DNA of 64,000 bases. Source: Spirochaetota bacterium. Its GTDB lineage: Bacteria; Spirochaetota; UBA12135; COTS27. The notes below the pieces were generated by a model. The model was not told the origin of the DNA and made no database searches. It was given only the letters and a program-made list of their open reading frames with translations. The stretch covers positions 128,362-192,361 of the forward strand of contig CBDFMP010000047.1 in assembly GCA_965249715.1 (NCBI GenBank), given 5' to 3'. The number at the start of each line of letters is the position of its first letter. Position 1 is the first letter of the stretch. Shown one piece after another: positions 58,143 through 64,000 of this stretch. The translations under genes and the position numbers were made by a program.

Positions 58143-60515
58143 GTGAGTGTAACAACAAAACTGCAAACACAAGCGGGCGGTGCTGTCCAGCAAGCATCGA
58201 TCCGTGTTCCCGCAGGTGCAACGGAAGCTGAACGTTTTCAATTCTTTCGTGCGCATATTCGTTTATTCCCGCAAGTGCCCGGTGTTTATAAGATGTTGGA
58301 TGAACAAGAGCTGCTCATTTACATTGGCAAGGCAAAGAATTTACGCCACCGCGTAGCTTCGTATTTTCACAATCGTTTAGAACGCTTGGTGACGCAGATT
58401 CTGGTTGCGCGTATTCATGCCATTGATTATTTGGTGACGATAACTGAACGTGAGGCGCTTATCCTTGAAAATACGCTTATCAAACGGCACCAGCCGTTTT
58501 TTAATATCGATCTGAAAGATAATAAAACTTATCCGTATTTGTGGTTGACGACACATGAAAAGTTTCCGCGATTGCTGAAAACACGGGAATTGACACAACG
58601 CGGTACTTATTTTGGTCCTTTTACCGATGTGAACTTGATCAACATTTATGCAACAGTTATTAATTCGCTTTATCCTCTGAAAAAGTGTACACAAACGCGT
58701 TTTCCGAAAGGGTTCCGACCTTGTCTTTATTATCATATTGGCAAATGTCTGGACTACTGTACTGGCAGTGTTTCCGTACAGCGTGTTGCGGCGATGTATC
58801 GTGAAATTAAAGAGCTGCTTAACGGCAATGTGACGGATTGCATAACACAGCTGGAGACTAAGATGCGCGCGGCAAGCACCGCGCTTCAGTACGAACGCGC
58901 GCTGGCATTGCGTAATGCCATCACTACGCTAAAGGCCATGGGCGCTAAACAAACTGTGAATACACTGAATGACGATAATTTTGACGTGTTTCATTACACG
59001 GCGACAGCGGGTTGGCTTGTGATTGCGGCACTTGCTTTCAGGCAAGGGCGCTTGGTGGACAAGGAGATCTTTCGTTTTAATAACGCATTTTGGACGACTG
59101 AGCCGACAGCTCATGTTGTGCAGGAACCTTTGCCGGAGCTGCAGTTGCAATCAGCTGCCAGTTTGCAATTTGTGGTGGAAGCATTTTCGCAATTTTTCTT
59201 TGAATATTATCAGCGTCCCGCTGAGCCGATTGTTTATATTGTGATTCCAGACGATTTATTTGCCGCCCACGGCGCTTATGCGGCATTGCTGGAGACGATC
59301 ACGGAAGCATTGTATTTGCGTGGCGATGTGGATGCCGCCGCGAAAAAAGTTCAGCTGCGCAGCCGGCAGGCGCAACCTGCGACTGAGTCAGCTAAGCTGA
59401 CGCCGCGGCTTACTCAGGAGTTAAAGGATGCGGCACGCAACCGCCCCAGCCCCAAATCGCCGCCGCTTACACGCGGCACGCGCAGGGCTAAAGACGCGAC
59501 ACCAGTGCCTGCCGCGGCACCAAACAAGCAGCCACTGCGTGTACCCAAATTGCTCACAGCGCTTAAAGGCGCTAAGAAACGGCTTTTGCGTTTGGCGAAA
59601 GCGAATGCCGAGCAATCTTTTCATACACTTATGCAGGAACATCATCAGCAGCTGCAGCTCAAACACCTCAAAGAAAGCTTAAACCTTACGCGGTTGCCAG
59701 AGGTCATCGAGGCTTTTGATGTTGCCAATACGGAAGCGCAGGGTTTGGTGGCAGCCTGTGTGCGGTTTACGAACGGGCGTCCCGATAAAACACATTATCG
59801 GTTGTTTAATATTCGTTCAACCCAGCTGCAGAACGATTTTCTCAGTATTGCAGAAGCTGTCTTTCGCCGCTATCGCAGGTTGCTTGCTGAGCACGGTGCA
59901 GCGCAGCTGCCCGCGCTTATTTTAATAGACGGTGGTAAGGGACAATTGAACGCGGCGGCGAAAAGTCTTCATAAACTTAACGTGACACAGCCGCAGCTTA
60001 TTAGTTTAGCCAAACAGGAAGAAACACTCTTCATTGCTGGACGTAAGCAGCCGCTGCAATTGTCTGAAACCAATCCCGCATTGCGTTATCTTGTGCAAAT
60101 ACGTGATGAAGTACATCGTTTTGTGAACAAACACCATCGCCAGCAACGTGCAAAAGAACTCTTGCAGAGTCGTTTTGCAGAGGTGCCGGGGCTGGGACCG
60201 AAAAAACTGCAAACATTGCTGACCCATTATGATAGTTTAGAAGCACTCAAACAGGCATCGCAGGAAGCGGTGACGAATTTGCCTTATATTGGTGTAAAAG
60301 ACTATCAAGCATTGCAGCGCTATTTTAAGCAGACAACGGCAACGACAGCATTTACTGTTAGCGATGATGCAGTGGATGCAAAAGCTCTTGCTGAATTGGC
60401 GAGAGAACTGCGTCATGAACAACGCACTAAACGCTTGGCACAGCCTGTAAAACGGCAGCAAACAGCAGCTGACGCGGTCTTCAGTGTTAGAACCAATCCG
60501 CGTGGTGGTGAATAA
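58143..60515 (+). CDS. uvrC: Excinuclease ABC subunit C, unusually long
   Basis: 790 aa with GIY-YIG GVYKMLDEQELLIYIGKAKNLRHRVASYF, a UVR domain (QLETKMRAASTALQYERALALRNAI), an endonuclease V-like/RNase H-like region and C-terminal (HhH)2 (VPGLGPKKLQTLL). It also has a basic Pro/Ala/Lys-rich insert and a C-terminal extension. Confidence 0.88.
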   Translation: MSVTTKLQTQAGGAVQQASIRVPAGATEAERFQFFRAHIRLFPQVPGVYKMLDEQELLIYIGKAKNLRHRVASYFHNRLERLVTQILVARIHAIDYLVTITEREALILENTLIKRHQPFFNIDLKDNKTYPYLWLTTHEKFPRLLKTRELTQRGTYFGPFTDVNLINIYATVINSLYPLKKCTQTRFPKGFRPCLYYHIGKCLDYCTGSVSVQRVAAMYREIKELLNGNVTDCITQLETKMRAASTALQYERALALRNAITTLKAMGAKQTVNTLNDDNFDVFHYTATAGWLVIAALAFRQGRLVDKEIFRFNNAFWTTEPTAHVVQEPLPELQLQSAASLQFVVEAFSQFFFEYYQRPAEPIVYIVIPDDLFAAHGAYAALLETITEALYLRGDVDAAAKKVQLRSRQAQPATESAKLTPRLTQELKDAARNRPSPKSPPLTRGTRRAKDATPVPAAAPNKQPLRVPKLLTALKGAKKRLLRLAKANAEQSFHTLMQEHHQQLQLKHLKESLNLTRLPEVIEAFDVANTEAQGLVAACVRFTNGRPDKTHYRLFNIRSTQLQNDFLSIAEAVFRRYRRLLAEHGAAQLPALILIDGGKGQLNAAAKSLHKLNVTQPQLISLAKQEETLFIAGRKQPLQLSETNPALRYLVQIRDEVHRFVNKHHRQQRAKELLQSRFAEVPGLGPKKLQTLLTHYDSLEALKQASQEAVTNLPYIGVKDYQALQRYFKQTTATTAFTVSDDAVDAKALAELARELRHEQRTKRLAQPVKRQQTAADAVFSVRTNPRGGE

Positions 60516-60516
60516 C

Positions 60517-61983
60517 ATGGTGAAAGGAAAAGACATGGCGGCAGCAACCACGTTAAAACTTGATTGGTGGAAGCTTTCAATGGTGATGCAGGAGCGCTTA
60601 TTCCTGCGGATCATGGCAGCGGCGTATGCGCAGGGCTTTAGTGCCGCCTGTTATAGTTTGCCAGTGGCTGTGGTGCAGCGGTTTGGTGCTGCTGGTCATT
60701 CATTGCGGCGGGCGATGCCGGTTTTTTTATTTGCGGGCGAGGAGTTGAACGTAGCAACAGTGGGAGAGTGGCGACGTTATGGCGCTGAACAGCAAGCTTT
60801 TGTCTTTTCACCCTTTGTTTTAGAAAAAACAAAGACAAAACAATTTTATGATTTTCCATTTGCATACTTGATGCCGTTATTGCGATGGGAGCTTCAGCGC
60901 GGTGTGTTGTGGTCAGCTGCGGACGCGCGGCGGGTTGGCGGAGCAGCCGCTGCCGCCAACCCTGCCAGTAAGACGCTGCTTGTTGCCTTTGCGGAGACCT
61001 TGCGGGACTTGGCAGACCGTGCTTTAGCCGGGCGTTTGCGGCCCTTGCCAAAAGCCGCGTTTCATCAAACTTTTCATTTTAGTGCCGGCCCCGGACAGGC
61101 AACGACACGGGCAGCATTTATAAAAAATGTTGAAGCGGCGCTTGCGGAAATTCATCGCGGCCAACTGACTAAGCTGGTTTTATCGCGTGTGGCTGCGCTT
61201 GAACTCAAGCGGCGGCGAGGTGCTCAGTTGGCTGCTGCCGGGGAGCTTGATACTGCCGCCATTGTGCAAAGAACTGCACGCGCGTTTATACGCGCCATGA
61301 ATGCTGCTGAGCAAGCGAATGCCTTTGTTGCCTTAGTCACTGCCAAACACAGCGGCACCTGGTTCACGACCTCGCCTGAACCGCTTGTCATTCAGACACA
61401 AGAAGAGTTTGCCACTGTCTCACTTGCCGGGACGCAGGTCCTGCCTGTGGACCTGAATACCCGTCAACGCAACCCGATGCACTTGCCGCGTCATATTGCC
61501 TGGCACGATAAGGATATTATGGAACAGGCGCTTGTCAGCCGTTATATTGTTGATTGTTTTAAAACCTTGCGTTTGCGGCAATATGTAGAAAGCGGCCCGC
61601 GCACGGTTCGTCATGATAAACTTTTGCATTTGGAGACACGTTTTACAGTGAGCTTGAAACAAACTTATGGACATGATTTGGCATTGGATATGCTGGCATT
61701 ACTGCATCCCACGGCAGCGGTAGCAGGCACGCCGCTTGCAGCGGCGCTCAAGGGGCTTGAGAAACTAGAAGACCACACACGACGTTATTATACAGGCTTT
61801 TTAGGACCTTTACATTTAGTGGGCAACACCGCTTTATACGTGAATTTGCGCTGTGTCGAAATTACTGCACAGCATGTTTGGGCTTATGCCGGTACGGGAA
61901 TTGTGGAGGCATCTATTCCAGCTTTGGAATGGGAAGAAAGTGAAAATAAACTCGACGGCATGCGTAAATATTTTACGATTTAA
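60517..61983 (+). CDS. menF: Isochorismate synthase (chorismate-binding enzyme)
   Basis: C-terminal LLHPTAAVAGTPLAAA...RRYYTGFLGP...NLRC...AGTGIVEASIPALEWEESENK matches the MenF/EntC family. Start candidates are ATG at 60517 or 60535 (AGGAAA upstream). The track ORF starts at 60484, inside uvrC. Confidence 0.8.
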   Translation: MVKGKDMAAATTLKLDWWKLSMVMQERLFLRIMAAAYAQGFSAACYSLPVAVVQRFGAAGHSLRRAMPVFLFAGEELNVATVGEWRRYGAEQQAFVFSPFVLEKTKTKQFYDFPFAYLMPLLRWELQRGVLWSAADARRVGGAAAAANPASKTLLVAFAETLRDLADRALAGRLRPLPKAAFHQTFHFSAGPGQATTRAAFIKNVEAALAEIHRGQLTKLVLSRVAALELKRRRGAQLAAAGELDTAAIVQRTARAFIRAMNAAEQANAFVALVTAKHSGTWFTTSPEPLVIQTQEEFATVSLAGTQVLPVDLNTRQRNPMHLPRHIAWHDKDIMEQALVSRYIVDCFKTLRLRQYVESGPRTVRHDKLLHLETRFTVSLKQTYGHDLALDMLALLHPTAAVAGTPLAAALKGLEKLEDHTRRYYTGFLGPLHLVGNTALYVNLRCVEITAQHVWAYAGTGIVEASIPALEWEESENKLDGMRKYFTI

Positions 61984-62018
61984 TATGCTGATTTGAGCTT
62001 GCCGGGAGAAACTATTAA

Positions 62019-63338
62019 GTGTTAAGAAAGTATCGTATTACAGGGGGGCGTCCGCTTAATGGGAAAGTGCAGATTGCGGGCTCCAAGAACGCAGCTCTGC
62101 CCATTTTTGCGGCAACGCTTTTAACCGATGAAGAAGTGATCCTTCGGAATGTGCCGCGCTTGCGTGATACGGATACAATGGCGCGTTTACTGGAAAACCT
62201 GGGCAAAGCAGTGACGCGGACAGCTGATACGGTGGTCATCAAACCCCAGCGCAAACCAGGAACTGCGCCCATCCGTGCAACTTATGAAATTGTCAAGCAG
62301 ATGCGTGCGTCTATTTCTGTCCTTGGGCCTTTATTAGCACGTCATGGACATGTGGAAGTGTCGCTGCCGGGCGGCTGTGTTTTTGGCCCGCGCCCGGTGG
62401 ATCTGCATTTACGCGGGCTGGCACAATTAGGCGCAGATTTAACACTGCGCCATGGCGATATTATTGCAAGTCCGCACGCTAAGCGCTTATGTGGAGGGAA
62501 AGTTGAACTTTTGGGGCCATTTGGAACATCGGTCTTAGCGACAGATAATGTTTTGAGTGCTGCTGTCCTTGCGGACGGAGCTAGTGTATTAATGCATGCG
62601 GCGCGTGAACCTGAGACCTTGGATCTGATTGGATTTTTGCGCACCTTGGGTGCTAAAATTGATACAACTGCCTTAGCCAAACATGGGCGGTTAACAATAG
62701 AAGGGGTGGATAAATTGGGCGGCGGCGAGTACAGGATTATTCCCGATCGCATAGAAGCGGGCAGCTGGCTTTGTTTTATAGGGCTGACGGGCGGCAAGGT
62801 GACGTTGACGGAGCTCAATACTGAGCACTTAACGTTACCGCTGGCGCGGCTGCGCGCCAGCGGTTTTCAGTATGAAGAAACAAAGGCGGCTGACGGTCTG
62901 AGCCAGTTGCAAGTGACGGCACCGCTGCTTGCTGATACAACGCCGCTGGATATTACAACCGGCGCTTACCCGGGATTTCCAACGGATCTGCAGCCGCTGT
63001 TTATGGCGCTTGCTACCGTTTTTCCCGGGCGTTCGCGATTTTGTGAACGCATTTATCCCAATCGTTTCAATCACGCCCCGGAGTTGACGCGCATGGGTGC
63101 ACAAATTACGGTGACCAGGGATTGTGCCGAGGTGACCGGTGTAACAGGATTGGACGGCGCGCGCGTACAGGCTTCGGATCTGCGTGCAGGTGCAGCCTTA
63201 GTAGGGGCTGCGCTTGCTGCTAGCGGGGAGAGCGAGCTTAAACGGATTTATCACATTGAGCGCGGTTATGAGAATTTATTACCCAAATTACGTTCACTAG
63301 GAGCCAACATTGAGGTGTTTGCTGATCCCGTTTTATGA
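62019..63338 (+). CDS. murA: UDP-N-acetylglucosamine 1-carboxyvinyltransferase
   Basis: 439 aa with a GTG start. ITGGRPLNGKVQIAGSKNAALPI, the EPSP-synthase-fold repeat pattern and the C-terminal HIERGYENLLPKLRSLGA are all typical of MurA. Confidence 0.92.
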   Translation: MLRKYRITGGRPLNGKVQIAGSKNAALPIFAATLLTDEEVILRNVPRLRDTDTMARLLENLGKAVTRTADTVVIKPQRKPGTAPIRATYEIVKQMRASISVLGPLLARHGHVEVSLPGGCVFGPRPVDLHLRGLAQLGADLTLRHGDIIASPHAKRLCGGKVELLGPFGTSVLATDNVLSAAVLADGASVLMHAAREPETLDLIGFLRTLGAKIDTTALAKHGRLTIEGVDKLGGGEYRIIPDRIEAGSWLCFIGLTGGKVTLTELNTEHLTLPLARLRASGFQYEETKAADGLSQLQVTAPLLADTTPLDITTGAYPGFPTDLQPLFMALATVFPGRSRFCERIYPNRFNHAPELTRMGAQITVTRDCAEVTGVTGLDGARVQASDLRAGAALVGAALAASGESELKRIYHIERGYENLLPKLRSLGANIEVFADPVL

Positions 63339-63342
63339 GAGC

Positions 63343-63697
63343 TTAGGCATGAGTTTGTTTCAGCTTTTGAATAAAGTCGCCGAGCGGTTTTAAGTGCTCC
63401 CAGACCGTTTTTTTAAGTGTTGGATCATTGATCAGTTCACGCGGGTGTTCGGTATAAAGAATTTGACTGTTTTCGTACGGCAATAATTGTCCTTGGCTGG
63501 CACTGAAAGCTTTTAAAATACTGCAGGCAAACATTGAGCGCGTCCAGCTGATTGGAGAGCTCTTCAACGGCTGAACATTTGACGGCAGTTGTGATATAAA
63601 CACTGTTGGCGTCGATGCCAAGGGCGCTAATGATTTTTAGCAGTACTTGACCGTCTGCGGTGGTGAACAGCCGCCCTTGCAGTTGATCGCTCCAGTT
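63343..63697 (-). pseudogene. Duplicated, internally deleted 3' fragment of the uracil-DNA glycosylase gene
   Basis: The C-terminal 53 aa of ORF 63343..63621 equal the UDG C-terminus (SQGQLLPYENSQILYTEHPRELINDPTLKKTVWEHL...). Upstream sequence encodes GRLFTTADGQVLLKIISALGIDANSVYITTAVKC in another frame, so it is frameshifted by the deletion. Confidence 0.75.
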
Positions 63698-63726
63698 GGT
63701 GTTTGCTGACCCCGTTTTATGAGAGC

Positions 63727-64000
63727 TTAGGCATGAGTTTGTTTCAGCTTTTGAATAAAGTCGCCGAGCGGTTTTAAGTGCTCCCAGACCGTTTTTTTAA
63801 GTGTTGGATCATTGATCAGTTCACGCGGGTGTTCGGTATAAAGAATTTGACTGTTTTCGTACGGCAATAATTGTCCTTGGCTGGTACTGAAAGCTTTTTT
63901 GCCGCTGAGCAGCCGATAAGTATTTTCACCGAAAGCAATAATAAGCTGAGGTTTGATTAATTTTACTTCGCTATGAAAATACTGCAGACAAACATTGAGC
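63727..64000 (-). CDS. Uracil-DNA glycosylase family 4/5-type, partial (runs off window)
   Basis: My own translation gives ...CLQYFHSEVKLIKPQLIIAFGENTYRLLSGKKAFSTSQGQLLPYENSQILYTEHPRELINDPTLKKTVWEHLKPL...-stop. The layout is UDG family-4-like (LG..A...L ... T.HP..L..P..K...W.DL). Confidence 0.65.
   Translation of the reverse strand, partial: LNVCLQYFHSEVKLIKPQLIIAFGENTYRLLSGKKAFSTSQGQLLPYENSQILYTEHPRELINDPTLKKTVWEHLKPLGDFIQKLKQTHA

Larger units (their letters stand above)
63314..64000. repeat. Tandem duplication (period 384 bp) across the murA / UDG convergent junction; copy 1 has an internal deletion
   Basis: ggtgtttgctga(t/c)cccgttttatgagagcttaggcatgag... occurs at 63314 and again at 63698. 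Copy 1 jumps from aaagctttt (63517) directly to aaaatactgcag, which in copy 2 lies about 80 bp further on (63977). The duplication continues past the window end. Confidence 0.9.

Noticed and set aside
1-64000. A search for tRNA, rRNA, tmRNA, IS elements or prophage genes in the longer intergenic regions (1555-1982, 2826-3445, 7938-8318, 10094-10329, 35668-36036, 47781-48019, 56607-57134).
   Set aside because: I saw no GTTCGAATC-type T-arm or cloverleaf candidates, no rRNA-like conserved blocks, and no transposase, integrase or terminal inverted repeats.

Overview
This is a 64-kb chromosomal window from a flagellated, diderm-type bacterium. The organism cannot be named from sequence alone. The short FlaB-type flagellin, FliW, FlgK/FlgL and a Maf-like protein look most like spirochaete-type motility genes. 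I can support about 50 protein-coding genes, mostly housekeeping. They include gabD-like ALDH, ftsH, yggS, hemE, a metK-ahcY-metY methyl-cycle cluster, a eukaryote-like NADP-IDH, system II cytochrome c biogenesis (ResB/CcsA), rplU-prp-rpmA, prpDBC (methylcitrate cycle), aroQ, a CoaD/CoaE fusion, a PBP, PFK, dapF, rpsD, uvrC, menF and murA. I saw no rRNA, tRNA, CRISPR array, transposase or integrase. Two things stand out. (1) An AT-rich two-gene cassette at 27767-29271 encodes a two-TM protein of unrecognised type followed by a Panacea/DUF4065-domain protein. This is a candidate PanT/PanA-type toxin-antitoxin or defence module with an undescribed effector. (2) Five separate loci carry recent tandem segmental duplications of 187 to about 530 bp. 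Four of them straddle the 3' ends of convergently transcribed genes and leave one intact copy of each gene. Some show secondary deletions and mosaic variants. Smaller items: an A8 tract splits what looks like one ~1,070-aa TPR protein; an SPPY DNA methyltransferase is decayed; a T13 tract lies in the flagellar divergent promoter region; and short tandem repeats sit at two gene starts. All functional calls rest on motifs read by eye in the supplied translations. No database search was possible.
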